Below, one piece after another: positions 1 to 10,299 of a stretch of DNA of 64,000 nt (position 1 is the stretch's first letter; every line of letters starts with the position of its first letter). This stretch comes from Candidatus Levyibacteriota bacterium (GTDB lineage Bacteria; Patescibacteriota; Microgenomatia; Levybacterales; UBA12049): contig JACOXT010000003.1 in the NCBI GenBank assembly GCA_016182235.1, positions 258,209 through 322,208 on the forward strand, given 5' to 3'. The notes under the pieces are model-generated. The model had not been told where the DNA came from. It made no database searches and saw nothing but the letters and a program-made list of their open reading frames with translations. A program made the translations under genes and the position numbers.

Positions 1-1
1 G

Positions 2-673
2 CAGAAACAAATACGGGAGCTTTCAAAAACCGACATAACTATTTTTACTCAGGACGATGTATTATTTGATAAAAATATATTATCGTCTGTTTTAAAAAGA
101 TTTGCCAAAAATCCCAAAACAACGATGATTTCTATTCCATATCTCCCAGTTAAAGCAACCAGTTTTTTTGAAGAGGTGATAAATGTGGGAACTAATATTG
201 TAAATAAGACTGTGGGGTATTGGAATAACGGGGATAATTACCTGTCATGTATTGGAAGATTTATGGCTTTTAGGACAGAAACTCTTAAGAAATTCAGAAT
301 GCCCAAAATTGCCGTATCCGACAATTATTATTATTTTGAAAACAAAAAAATGGGAGGAGAATATGAATATGCGCAAGAAGCAACTGTATATTTTAAGAAT
401 CCTCAAAACATGAAAGAACACTTAAGAAAAAGCAGCAGGTTCCAACATTCGCAAAAAGAGGTGATTCGTTATTTTGGAGATCTTTCTAAAGAATATACGA
501 TACCTAAGAGCGTGTTGGCTCGGGCGGCGATTCAGGAATTTTTAGAGAACCCAATTAATACTTTTCTTTACATATTTGTTTTTGCTTACACAAGAATTTT
601 AAAAATGAAACCTAAAGCTGTTTTAAATCCAATTTGGGAAGTTGATTTATCAACAAAAAAAGTTAGTAACTGA
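2..673 (+). CDS. glycosyltransferase family 2 (5' truncated by window edge)
   Basis: Frame is open from base 2 (QKQIRELSKTDITIFTQDDV...), with a DxD-like motif and a GRFMAFR segment; adjacent to other GT genes. Confidence 0.75.
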   Translation, partial: QKQIRELSKTDITIFTQDDVLFDKNILSSVLKRFAKNPKTTMISIPYLPVKATSFFEEVINVGTNIVNKTVGYWNNGDNYLSCIGRFMAFRTETLKKFRMPKIAVSDNYYYFENKKMGGEYEYAQEATVYFKNPQNMKEHLRKSSRFQHSQKEVIRYFGDLSKEYTIPKSVLARAAIQEFLENPINTFLYIFVFAYTRILKMKPKAVLNPIWEVDLSTKKVSN

Positions 674-675
674 TT

Positions 676-1851
676 GTGAGAAAATTAAGAATTCATGTCA
701 TTAACAAATATTTTTATCCGGTTACAGGAGGAGGTGAGGTTAATATTCAAGAAACGCATAAGCACTTTCTGAATAAGGGCTGGACTGTTACTGTACATTC
801 CTCTCAAGACACTCTGACTGAAAAAAATGTTCTAGCAAAATATGATGAGATAGAAGGAATTAAAATTATGCGGTATCCTTATAGAAAATTTGGATTTTTT
901 CCTAGAATTGACTGGAATGAAACGGATGTTATTTCTCTTCATAATTTTAATATATTCCCTCACTTTCAAATAATGCTTTATGTTATATGGTTGAAGTTAC
1001 TAAAAAAGAAAAAATTTATATTCGGTCTTACTCCTCATGGAGGCTTTAATCCAGAATGGATAACGTTTGGTAGGTTAGCTGGAATAATAAAAAAAATTTA
1101 TCATTATACTGTTGGAGTCGTTCTAATTAATGCAAGCTTAGATATAGTAAGAGCAGTATCTGAGTGGGAACATGATCAGCTTGTTCTAAAAGGCGTAAAC
1201 AAGAAAAAAGTTGTTACACTTACTAATGGAATAGAAAATGAAGCATATCTTGATATTGAAAAGCTCGCCAGCAAAGAAACTAAAGAAAAAATTAAATCTT
1301 ATGGAAAATATATTTTACAAGTAGGAAGAATTCATCCAATCAAAAACTACGAAATAACAATAAAAGCCTTAGTCAAGTTAAAGGATATAAATTACTTGAT
1401 TGTAGGGCCGGATCAGGATTTGCAATATAAATTAAAACTTAAAAATCTTATTAAGAAATTAAAACTCGATGAAAGAGTCAAGTTTCTTGGATCAGTGACA
1501 GGTATTGACAAATTTTATATTATGAAAAATGCGGAGCTTATGGTTCACATGGCGAGCTGGGAAAGTTTTTGCAATGTAGTTCATGAGGGGATGAGTCAGG
1601 GATTGGTTTGCATAGTGTCAGACAGAACTGCTTTGCCACATCTCGTAAAAGATGGAGTCAATGGTTATTGTCTCGATGTTTATGATGATGAGGCATTGGC
1701 TAAAAAAATTAAATTTGTTTTGGAAAATAAAAACTCGCCAGTAATTAAAGGCATTAAAAAAAGAAATATCCAACTTGCTAAAGATCATACATGGGAAAAC
1801 GTTTCAAAAGAAGTTGAAAGATTCTATTTAAATCTTTACAAAAGTATTTAA
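676..1851 (+). CDS. glycosyltransferase family 4 (GT-B)
   Basis: FYPVTGGGE, VGRIHPIKN and ESFCNVVHE (Ex7E) motifs. Confidence 0.9.
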   Translation: MRKLRIHVINKYFYPVTGGGEVNIQETHKHFLNKGWTVTVHSSQDTLTEKNVLAKYDEIEGIKIMRYPYRKFGFFPRIDWNETDVISLHNFNIFPHFQIMLYVIWLKLLKKKKFIFGLTPHGGFNPEWITFGRLAGIIKKIYHYTVGVVLINASLDIVRAVSEWEHDQLVLKGVNKKKVVTLTNGIENEAYLDIEKLASKETKEKIKSYGKYILQVGRIHPIKNYEITIKALVKLKDINYLIVGPDQDLQYKLKLKNLIKKLKLDERVKFLGSVTGIDKFYIMKNAELMVHMASWESFCNVVHEGMSQGLVCIVSDRTALPHLVKDGVNGYCLDVYDDEALAKKIKFVLENKNSPVIKGIKKRNIQLAKDHTWENVSKEVERFYLNLYKSI

Positions 1852-1856
1852 CCTCT

Positions 1857-3410
1857 ATGAGAATTGTAAGAAAAATACTAAATCTATTGTTTTATCTTTT
1901 CGTGGTTGCTATTTTAGCGTTGTCTCTCCGCGGAAACCTCGGGAGTCCTAACAGTATTGAGATGAATTCGGTGGAATGGAAAAGAGAGGGACCTTTCGAA
2001 CTATCCCCGGAACGTGGAAGAATTGCGCTCGTCTACTCACTGGTTGAAAATAAATCATTCATATTTGATTTGAATATTACAAAATTCACAGCGCCCGATG
2101 TCGCTCAAAGAAAGGATGGGGAATTCGTTTCTCTCTTTGCTCCGGGCGTATCCTTTACTGCAATACCAGGGTATGTTATCGGGAAATATTTCGGTGCTTC
2201 GCAAGTAGGAGCATACGCAACAAGTACATTATTCGCGTTATTAAATGTTGTTTTAATCCAGTTTATTGCAAGAAGATTTGGCGTGACTAAAGCTGCATCT
2301 ATGATTGCAAGTTTGACATATTTATTCGCATCTCCTGCGTTTGCTTATGCCATTAATCTTTATCAGCATCACATCTCAACGTTCCTAATATTATTGTCAG
2401 TTTATATATTGATTAGTTGGAAAAATATTTGGTCTCTTGCGGGCATTTGGTTTTTGTTTGCCGCATCTATTGTGATTGATTATCCAAACGTGGTTCTTTT
2501 ATCGCCAATAGCGATATTTGCCTTAACAAGAATATTTGTTTTTAAGACCGATCAAGAGAAATTAGTGATTAAGTTTAAATACTTCGCATTCTTAACTTTT
2601 TTTACAGCACTCATTCCAATCGGATTTTTTATGTGGTCCAATATAGAATCTTACGGTAATCCTTTGCAACTATCAGGAACTCTTGAGAGAGTTAAGGTAG
2701 TCCAAGACGAGTCGGCTCTTACGGATAGGCAGTTAGTGCAACGCGAATTGGAAGGGAAAAATCCCGATAAAAAAGAGAAAACTGCTACAGGTTTCTTTCA
2801 AACAAGGAAACTACTTGACGGATTTTACATCCATATACTTAGTGATGAAAGAGGAGTTCTTTGGTATACGCCCGTCATGCTTTTTGGAATTATTGGCGCT
2901 TGCCTTCTTTATAGAAAAAAAACTACGATATATGTCGTTTTGATTGGGATTGTTGGTTTAAACATTATCTTATACTCAATGTGGGGAGATCCGTGGGGCG
3001 GTTGGGCATTTGGTTCAAGATACCTAATTCCAAGCTATGCCATTTTGTCCGTCTTTATAGGGATTGCGCTGTCATATTTTAGAAAGAGCTATATTTTTCT
3101 TGCCATATTTTTGCCCGTTTTTATTTATTCTGTTCTTGTTAATGCACTAGGAGCAATTACTACGAGTACTATACCGCCGAAGATTGAAGCGGTTGCGCTT
3201 GAAAAATTATCCGGAGTTGAGGAAAAATACTCATTCAATAGAAATATAGATTATCTTTTGTCAAATCAGTCAAAATCATTTATCTGGCGTACTTTTGCGA
3301 AAGATAAAATCCCTGCAGTTAGTTATTATTGGATTCTCGTTTCCTCAGTCTTAATTGTTTCAGGAAGCATTCTGGCATATATGAAATTAATGGAAAGTAG
3401 GGATGAATAA
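1857..3410 (+). CDS. polytopic membrane protein, probable GT-C glycosyltransferase
   Basis: Many TM segments, WGGWAFGSRYL motif, glycan-cluster context. Confidence 0.65.
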   Translation: MRIVRKILNLLFYLFVVAILALSLRGNLGSPNSIEMNSVEWKREGPFELSPERGRIALVYSLVENKSFIFDLNITKFTAPDVAQRKDGEFVSLFAPGVSFTAIPGYVIGKYFGASQVGAYATSTLFALLNVVLIQFIARRFGVTKAASMIASLTYLFASPAFAYAINLYQHHISTFLILLSVYILISWKNIWSLAGIWFLFAASIVIDYPNVVLLSPIAIFALTRIFVFKTDQEKLVIKFKYFAFLTFFTALIPIGFFMWSNIESYGNPLQLSGTLERVKVVQDESALTDRQLVQRELEGKNPDKKEKTATGFFQTRKLLDGFYIHILSDERGVLWYTPVMLFGIIGACLLYRKKTTIYVVLIGIVGLNIILYSMWGDPWGGWAFGSRYLIPSYAILSVFIGIALSYFRKSYIFLAIFLPVFIYSVLVNALGAITTSTIPPKIEAVALEKLSGVEEKYSFNRNIDYLLSNQSKSFIWRTFAKDKIPAVSYYWILVSSVLIVSGSILAYMKLMESRDE

Positions 3411-5040
3411 AATGAATAGTACAAAGACTCTTAATATTTCACTAAATAATTCTTCTTTTGCAAAAAAGATATCTCAATTTTGGGCAAGATACCATGTGTC
3501 TATCATTATAACCCTCCTTATTATCGCGTCGGTATTTGCTTTTGGTGTTTATTATTTGAATGGGTTAGGGTTGTCTTATAATGATGCTCGTTCGCATCTT
3601 GATATCGGACGGCGCGTTGTTGAAGGGTTAAAACCTGGGCTTGCTCAGCTTGGTTCAGTATGGCTTCCTCTTCCCCATATCCTAATGGTTCCAACGATTT
3701 GGAATGATTTTTTCTGGCACTCGGGCCTTTCAGGAGCAATTCAGTCTATGGTTTCTTTTGTCACAACAGCGGTAATAATCTATATGTTCCTGAAAAAAAT
3801 TGGGGTTTCAATATTTGGCAGGATTATTGGAGTTTTAATTTTTACTCTCAATCTCAATATTTTATACCTTCAGTCAACTGCAATGACAGAACTTCTTCTT
3901 ATCGCGACAATGACTACAGGAGTTTACTATCTTATGCTTTGGTCGAAAGATGAAAGAATATTAGATCTTATAAAATCAGCTTTTTTTGTTATGCTTTCGA
4001 CGCTTGTTCGATATGACGGATGGTTTTTACTTATACTCTCAATTATTCTCATCGCGATAGAAGTTTTGAGGAAAAAAGGGTATAAGGTGACTGAGGGAAC
4101 AGTTATTTTATTTGCAACACTTGCAGGATTCGGTGTTGCACTGTGGTTTTTATGGAATCTTTTGATCTTTAAAGACGCACTGTACTTTATTTACGGGCCT
4201 TATTCTGCCCGCGCGCAACAGCTTCAGCTTGAAGAAGCAGGAGTATTAGCAACCAAAGGTGATATTTTCTTCTCAACAAAAGTTTATCTTTACGCGCTTT
4301 TATACAGCTCAAACGCTTTCATTACGATTTTAGGATCTATCGGAGCGGTTATTTTCTGGCTGGACAAAAAAATAAAAACATCGATCAAGATTGTATCAAC
4401 CGCTCTTTTTGCTCCTCTTGCTTTTAACATTTTAGCTCTATATTTGGGCCACTCAGTTTTATTCGTCCAAGGGTTATCAGGCGACACATGGTTTAATGTC
4501 CGATACGGAGTAATGATGATGCCCCCAATTGCCATATTTGTTGGTTATCTTACGCATAAAGCAACATCATTGAAGTATGTTTTGGTGGGTCTTATTACTT
4601 TTGTTTTATTCTTTTCTTTTGTAAATCTTGACGCGGTTACAATTGACGACGCAAGAGTTGGATCAAGTCAGAAAAATGTTTCGGAGGTAAGTAATTGGTT
4701 AAAAAACAATGCTGACAAAGATGGATTTATTCTTATTTCCGCTGCCTCGCATGATGCTATAATATTTTCTTCAGGTTTTCCCATGAGTAAATTTATCCAT
4801 GAAGGTACGGGAGCCTATTGGGAAAGCGCAACAATCTCTCCTGACCGTTGGGCGCGCTGGATTGTCATGAGGACAAATGACGTAAACGATTCAACATTTA
4901 AACTTGTAAGCGAAAGCAAAGCGTATGAGTTAGGTCGATACACTCTTGTTAATCATTATCCATTCGCGGATATATATGAAATTAAGCCGGAGTTTGTTGA
5001 GAACCTAAACACTGAGTTTTCAATTAGAATAAGCAAATAA
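3403..5040 (+). CDS. GT-C (PMT/ArnT-like) glycosyltransferase
   Basis: YNDARSHL after TM1, AMTE and RYDGW motifs, multiple TM segments. Confidence 0.7.
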   Translation: MNKMNSTKTLNISLNNSSFAKKISQFWARYHVSIIITLLIIASVFAFGVYYLNGLGLSYNDARSHLDIGRRVVEGLKPGLAQLGSVWLPLPHILMVPTIWNDFFWHSGLSGAIQSMVSFVTTAVIIYMFLKKIGVSIFGRIIGVLIFTLNLNILYLQSTAMTELLLIATMTTGVYYLMLWSKDERILDLIKSAFFVMLSTLVRYDGWFLLILSIILIAIEVLRKKGYKVTEGTVILFATLAGFGVALWFLWNLLIFKDALYFIYGPYSARAQQLQLEEAGVLATKGDIFFSTKVYLYALLYSSNAFITILGSIGAVIFWLDKKIKTSIKIVSTALFAPLAFNILALYLGHSVLFVQGLSGDTWFNVRYGVMMMPPIAIFVGYLTHKATSLKYVLVGLITFVLFFSFVNLDAVTIDDARVGSSQKNVSEVSNWLKNNADKDGFILISAASHDAIIFSSGFPMSKFIHEGTGAYWESATISPDRWARWIVMRTNDVNDSTFKLVSESKAYELGRYTLVNHYPFADIYEIKPEFVENLNTEFSIRISK

Positions 5041-5056
5041 TTATAAGAATATAAAT

Positions 5057-6082
5057 ATGTTTATAAAAATATATGTTTTATTATTATTGATTTTAACAGT
5101 AACTGTCGGGATTTTTTTTCTTAATAAGGCTGACGATTTTAAGTTAAAGAATCCAGTGTCTCCTGAAAGGAAAGATCTTAGGAGAATTACCTCAGTTGAC
5201 ACAATGAAATATTCAAGAGATATTGCACGGGAGAAGCTTAAAGATTTGTCTTTTGACAATACTATAGAAAAACAAGTGAGAGATGTTGCTGCAACAGGAG
5301 CAACTCATGTGGCGGTAGGTACTCCTTATGATGACGAGTTCTTGCCATACCTAGACCGTTGGGTATCAACAGCAAGAAAATATAATCTCAGCGTCTGGTT
5401 TCGCGGAAATTTATCTGGGTGGGAAAAGTGGTTTGATTATCCTACAATTGGAAGGGATGAACATACGGCAGGGATAGTTAAATTTATTAATAACAACAAA
5501 TCTCTTTTTGAAGACGGAGATATTTTTGTGACTTGCAATGAATGCGAGAATGGCGGACCGGGAGATCCAAGGCATAATGGAGATGTTGCGGGTCATAGGG
5601 AGTTTCTGATCAAGGAATACAAGGAAGCAAAAAAGGCATTTGAGAAAATAGGTAAAAAGGTAGCTGCAAATTTTAACTCTATGAATGGAGACGTCGCTCG
5701 TTTAATTATGGACAAGGAAACAACAAAGGCGTTAGGCGGAATTGTTGTTGTAGATCATTATGTAAGAAGTCCCGAAGTTTTGGCAGAAGATCTAAAAAAC
5801 ATAGCGGAAAAAAGCGAAGGCAAAATAGTCCTTGGAGAATTCGGTGTGCCAATTCTGGACATAAACTCAGATATGACAGAAGAAGAGCAAGCGGATTGGA
5901 TAAACGAAGCTTTGGCACGAATATTTCTGATCCCAGAAGTAATAGGTGTAAATTATTGGGTAAATTTGGGAGGATCTACAAGTATTTGGAACGAAAATGG
6001 AAGTAAGAAATCCTCTGTTGATGTTATAACAAGTTATTACACAAAAAATAAGAAGAAGCTTCCTCGAAATCCTATTTTTTAA
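5057..6082 (+). CDS. membrane-anchored putative glycoside hydrolase (TIM barrel, GH-A-like)
   Basis: N-terminal TM; NEC acid/base-like and LGEFG nucleophile-like motifs. Confidence 0.55.
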   Translation: MFIKIYVLLLLILTVTVGIFFLNKADDFKLKNPVSPERKDLRRITSVDTMKYSRDIAREKLKDLSFDNTIEKQVRDVAATGATHVAVGTPYDDEFLPYLDRWVSTARKYNLSVWFRGNLSGWEKWFDYPTIGRDEHTAGIVKFINNNKSLFEDGDIFVTCNECENGGPGDPRHNGDVAGHREFLIKEYKEAKKAFEKIGKKVAANFNSMNGDVARLIMDKETTKALGGIVVVDHYVRSPEVLAEDLKNIAEKSEGKIVLGEFGVPILDINSDMTEEEQADWINEALARIFLIPEVIGVNYWVNLGGSTSIWNENGSKKSSVDVITSYYTKNKKKLPRNPIF

Positions 6083-6216
6083 TCTTATAGAAATCATCTT
6101 AAATTTATCTATTTGGCTTTTTAATAATCTAAATTATTAGAAGATTTGACTTATAGTTGATCTTATGTTATCCTATAACCCTAAGGTTTTCTGCCTCTGT
6201 CCTCTGCCTCCATTTT

Positions 6217-6813
6217 ATGAAAAGCAAAATTTTTGTCTCTCTATTAATTTTGTCTTTATTAATTAGCCTTACAGATTTTGCTTCAAAAGCGTCTGCAATA
6301 GAAGCTCCTAATTTTCCATTATGTACAAGTCCTCAAGGAGAAGTTCTCGCAAGTTACTCGAGTGGAACGCATGGAGTTCCAGGCGATTCAACAACCTATT
6401 TGGGAGAGGATGTTGTTTTTAAAGTAAATGAAAATCAAGTTCTTCAGTGTTTGTGCACGATTGATGGTCAAGGCATCCAGACAAACTGGTGGCAATTTGA
6501 GGCCCTTTCTATAGATCAAATAGAAACTCTCAAGAGTCAAGGGTGGATTTTTGTGCCGGATGGATCTTTGTGGGGACTTAAATCTGTGCCCTATTTTGCT
6601 AAAAATGCAGGATTTGCCTGTAGACCCCCCGGACAGCCTGGTGCAGGAGGAGAAGTAATTTCTGTAGGAGCAAAAGGAGAAATATTAGGTGTTTCTCTTG
6701 CTCCAACTGGAAATATAGTATATATTTTAGGAGCCTTTTTGATAGGAGGAATTTTAATATTAGCAGGCGTACTTCTAAGATTAAAAACAAGAAAACATCT
6801 CGGAATAAAGTAA
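6217..6813 (+). CDS. secreted Cys-containing protein with LPXTG-like sorting signal (LAPTG)
   Basis: Signal peptide from ATG 6217; C-terminal LAPTG, hydrophobic helix and basic tail RLKTRK; next to a sortase. Confidence 0.75.
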   Translation: MKSKIFVSLLILSLLISLTDFASKASAIEAPNFPLCTSPQGEVLASYSSGTHGVPGDSTTYLGEDVVFKVNENQVLQCLCTIDGQGIQTNWWQFEALSIDQIETLKSQGWIFVPDGSLWGLKSVPYFAKNAGFACRPPGQPGAGGEVISVGAKGEILGVSLAPTGNIVYILGAFLIGGILILAGVLLRLKTRKHLGIK

Positions 6814-6947
6814 GTTTTTTTTCCACAAGATTAACATCGCTTGGTGTTTTAATTCTTTTTTTAGGAGGAATACTTATTTATCAGCATTATACGCCTCAAA
6901 GACCCCCCTTCAAGAATTTTAAACCCACTTCACAGGGGGAGCGTCAA

Positions 6948-7331
6948 GTGAGAGTTCTAATACCGTCATTGAATATGGATCTAGAGATTTTTCCTGCAAA
7001 AATTGTAAATAATAGGTGGGAGATAACTGCTCAAGGCGTTTCATATCTTTCCTCGTCACCGCTTCCGGGAGAAAAAGGAAATAGTGTTTTATACGGCCAT
7101 AACTGGACTAATATTTTGGGTAATTTAATAAAAATAAAACCAGGAGAGGAGATAGTTATAGTTTCTAATAGAAATAATAAGAGGACTTTTGTGGTGGAAC
7201 ATATATCCGTTGTGGATCCAGAGAATACCCAAATACTTGCAAATACCAGCGATAGACGAATAACTTTATATACTTGTTCAGGTTTCTTGGATTCGAAGCG
7301 TTTCGTCGTGACCGCTCTTCTTAAATCTTAA
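6948..7331 (+). CDS. sortase (true start probably further upstream)
   Basis: LYGHN, ITLYTC and KR catalytic His/Cys/Arg; the frame continues upstream through a TM anchor without ATG/GTG/TTG. Confidence 0.88.
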   Translation: MRVLIPSLNMDLEIFPAKIVNNRWEITAQGVSYLSSSPLPGEKGNSVLYGHNWTNILGNLIKIKPGEEIVIVSNRNNKRTFVVEHISVVDPENTQILANTSDRRITLYTCSGFLDSKRFVVTALLKS

Positions 7332-7389
7332 TTTATTTTAAGTCACTTTAGAAAATATGAAGCTTGAATTATAATTATTTTATACTCTT

Positions 7390-7977
7390 ATGGAAAACGA
7401 GATTAAAAAAGCTGTTGAAATATTAAAAAGAGGAGGGATAATTATTTTTCCAACGGACACTGCTTATGGAATAGGTTGTAGAATAGATAATGAAAAATCA
7501 ATAAAGCGTTTATTTGATATTCGGAAAAGACCGGTAAAACAGGCAACTCCTGTTTTGGTAGACTCAATTAAAATGGCGCAACGTTATTTACAGCCAATTC
7601 CGATAGGGGTAAAAGAGGAATTAATGAACAAGTATTGGCCGGGGGCACTCACTATAATACTTCGTTGTCTCAGAACAAAGGTCCCAAGTTTAGTAAGAGG
7701 AGGAAGAGGCACCCTTGGAGTAAGAATGCCAAATCATGAAATTATAAGGACTGTCATTGGGCGTCTTGGCGTTCCGGTTCTAGCCCCTTCTGCGAATTTT
7801 CATGGCAATAAGACGCCATTCAGATTCAAAGATTTAAATCCTAAACTCGTAAGCAAAGTAGATTATGCATTGCAACACGATTCAAGTTTAGGTAAAACTG
7901 TTTCGACAGTGATTGACTGCTCAAGAAAACCTTGGAAAGTAATAAGACAAGGAGCGATAAAAATTTCTAAGTTCTAA
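7390..7977 (+). CDS. tsaC: L-threonylcarbamoyladenylate synthase (Sua5/YrdC)
   Basis: FPTDTAYG, WPGALT, GVRMP and PSAN motifs. Confidence 0.93.
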   Translation: MENEIKKAVEILKRGGIIIFPTDTAYGIGCRIDNEKSIKRLFDIRKRPVKQATPVLVDSIKMAQRYLQPIPIGVKEELMNKYWPGALTIILRCLRTKVPSLVRGGRGTLGVRMPNHEIIRTVIGRLGVPVLAPSANFHGNKTPFRFKDLNPKLVSKVDYALQHDSSLGKTVSTVIDCSRKPWKVIRQGAIKISKF

Positions 7978-7994
7978 TTACTAATGCCTAAGAT

Positions 7995-8306
7995 ATGACT
8001 ACATTGATTATTGATACAGCTAATAATAGACCAATAACTGTAGGGGTGAAAATTAATGGTGAAGACTTTAAGAGTACTGAAAATATAACTTCAAGGAGTT
8101 CACGAATTGTTCTTTCTATGATTGATTCAATTTTGAGGAAACATAAGATAAGATTAAGGGATATAGATGGGATTTTGGTAAATACAGGACCAGGGTCGTT
8201 TACTGGCTTGAGGGCAGGGATCGCTATTGCCAATGCCTTATCATATACCCTAAAAGTTCCAGTTAATGGCAAAAAATTAGGCGCAAAAATCACTCCTAAA
8301 TATTAG
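7995..8306 (+). CDS. tsaB: short TsaB (N-terminal domain only)
   Basis: LIIDTA and GPGSFTGLR motifs. Confidence 0.85.
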   Translation: MTTLIIDTANNRPITVGVKINGEDFKSTENITSRSSRIVLSMIDSILRKHKIRLRDIDGILVNTGPGSFTGLRAGIAIANALSYTLKVPVNGKKLGAKITPKY

Positions 8307-8321
8307 TGATATAATAAATTA

Positions 8322-9206
8322 ATGCTAGATTTTTTTCACCATCTCTTTGTTCCAAGAGACTTAAATAATCATAGAGCGAAAATTTTACACAATTCAAATC
8401 TTCTCCTTGCAATAGTTTTTCTTATTCTCACAAGTTTTTTTGTTCAAAAAGTAAGTCAAGCTTTCCCCTCAATTCTTGGAGTCTCAACGGATATTACCAT
8501 AGATGCCCTTTTTCTTTTAACCAATACTAAAAGACAAGAAAACGGTATTCATTCTTTGTCGTTAAATGCGCAATTATCTGAGGCAGCTTCGAAAAAAGCA
8601 GATGATATGTTTCAATACGGCTACTGGGCGCATAATTCACCAGAAGGTAAAACTCCTTGGGTATTTATAAAAGGAGCGGGTTACAATTATGTTTACGCCG
8701 GAGAGAACTTGGCACGAGGATTTACTTCAACAGAAGATGTTATAAATGCCTGGATGGAAAGCCCAACACACAAAGCTAATATGCTCTCCTCAAATTATCA
8801 AGATGTTGGATTTGCAGTAAAAATAGGACAACTTGATGGCGAGGAAACGGTTTTGATTGTTGAGGAATTCGGTAATCAAAATATCCCTATTATAGCCGCG
8901 AAGCCTGTCCTCGAGCCTAAGTCTGTAGAGAGAGAACTAAGTTCTATCCAGACAGAAGCTATTATGGAAAAACCGCTTGTCCAAAATACACCATCTTTCA
9001 ACAAGCCACTACTGGATAAAGCGTCTGTTTCCTCCAATGTAAATAAAGTGGCGCTTTCCATTTTCGTTTTTTCACTATTTATAGATATGATTGTTGTAGA
9101 GAGAAAAAAGATTGTCAGATTTGTTGGCCATAATTTAGATCACATATTTTATCTTTTGCTTGTATTTTTACTTATCGGCGCATTAAGTAAAGGAGTTGTC
9201 ATTTGA
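8322..9206 (+). CDS. CAP/SCP domain membrane protein
   Basis: AGENLA and WMESPTHKANML motifs. Confidence 0.88.
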   Translation: MLDFFHHLFVPRDLNNHRAKILHNSNLLLAIVFLILTSFFVQKVSQAFPSILGVSTDITIDALFLLTNTKRQENGIHSLSLNAQLSEAASKKADDMFQYGYWAHNSPEGKTPWVFIKGAGYNYVYAGENLARGFTSTEDVINAWMESPTHKANMLSSNYQDVGFAVKIGQLDGEETVLIVEEFGNQNIPIIAAKPVLEPKSVERELSSIQTEAIMEKPLVQNTPSFNKPLLDKASVSSNVNKVALSIFVFSLFIDMIVVERKKIVRFVGHNLDHIFYLLLVFLLIGALSKGVVI

Positions 9207-9463
9207 TGATTGAATCCTTATCTAAAAAACATATCTTTTATTATTTAGCACTTATTCTCATACTAATTCTCGGATTTTTATTAGCCTACATCAACTCCTC
9301 AAATAGACAGATTCAAATATTGGCAGTCGTTTTTACTGCCATCTCCTATGTTTTCTGGGGAATTCTGCACCATTTATTTAATCATGACTTAAGTATGAAA
9401 ATTATGGTAGAATATGTACTTATTGGCAGCTTGGGCTTAGCAATAATATTAATTCTTTTATGA
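9203..9463 (+). CDS. small 3-TM membrane protein
   Basis: Hydrophobic ORF with WGILHH, coupled to the upstream gene. Confidence 0.7.
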   Translation: MMIESLSKKHIFYYLALILILILGFLLAYINSSNRQIQILAVVFTAISYVFWGILHHLFNHDLSMKIMVEYVLIGSLGLAIILILL

Positions 9464-9514
9464 CCCGTTCTAGGCTTCGACTGAGCTCAGCCGAAGTCTT
9501 AACTTAGGGTCATA
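9459..9514. repeat. nested palindromic (REP-like) element
   Basis: TATGACCC...AGGCTTCG-a-CTGAGCTCAG-c-CGAAGTCT...GGGTCATA. Confidence 0.6.
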
Positions 9515-9530
9515 GTGAACTTGTTGAACT

Positions 9531-10268
9531 ATGAAAGGTATAATCTTAGCTGGAGGACTAGCAACACGTCTTCGTCCGTTGACTTTGGTAACAAATAAAC
9601 ATCTTCTTCCTATATACAATAAGCCCATGATTTATTATCCACTTGAAGCTATGAAAAAGTCGGGTATAAAAGAGGTTCTTTTAATTACTTCTCCCCATCA
9701 TGCCGGAGACTTTACAAACCTTTTAGGCAATGGTGAAGAATTTAATCTAAAACTTTATTATGCGATACAAAAAAACCCGACAGGAGGAATTGCGGATGGA
9801 TTGAAACTTGCCCGGGAGTTCGCGAAAAACGAAAAAATTTTGGTTATTCTTGGGGATAATATTTTTGATTTCAATCTGAAAAAAGCTATCGAAAAGTTTG
9901 ATAAAAGACAAAAAGGAGCAGTGGTGTTCGGTATAGATATGGATACAAAATCTAAACAATATGGAGTAATTGAGATTGGAAGAACCGGAAAAGTATCATC
10001 AATTGAAGAGAAACCGGATAATCCTAAGTCCAGAATTGCCCAGACGGGAATTTATATGTATGATGATAGAGCTTTCGATTTTATAGATAAGCTGAGGCCT
10101 TCCGGAAGAGGTCAGCTTGAGATAACTGATTTAAATAATTGTTATCTTAAAGAGGGAACGTTGGAATGCGAAACAATTGATTGGTGGATAGACGCTGGAA
10201 CTTCACATGACGAGTTACTAAGAGCAAATAATTTAGTTGCAGAGAAAGTAAAAAAAAGAAAGTTATAA
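9531..10268 (+). CDS. rfbA: glucose-1-phosphate thymidylyltransferase (short RfbA/SpsI type)
   Basis: GIILAGGLATRLRPLT, KHLLPIY and RGQLEITD motifs. Confidence 0.85.
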   Translation: MKGIILAGGLATRLRPLTLVTNKHLLPIYNKPMIYYPLEAMKKSGIKEVLLITSPHHAGDFTNLLGNGEEFNLKLYYAIQKNPTGGIADGLKLAREFAKNEKILVILGDNIFDFNLKKAIEKFDKRQKGAVVFGIDMDTKSKQYGVIEIGRTGKVSSIEEKPDNPKSRIAQTGIYMYDDRAFDFIDKLRPSGRGQLEITDLNNCYLKEGTLECETIDWWIDAGTSHDELLRANNLVAEKVKKRKL

Positions 10269-10299
10269 CTCAAAGCAAATAAATTTCTATGGCAAATGT

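Noticed and set aside
7995..8306. TsaB as a pseudogene because it is only 103 aa
   Set aside because: Key motifs are intact, the stop is clean and no downstream remnant is visible; probably a reduced form
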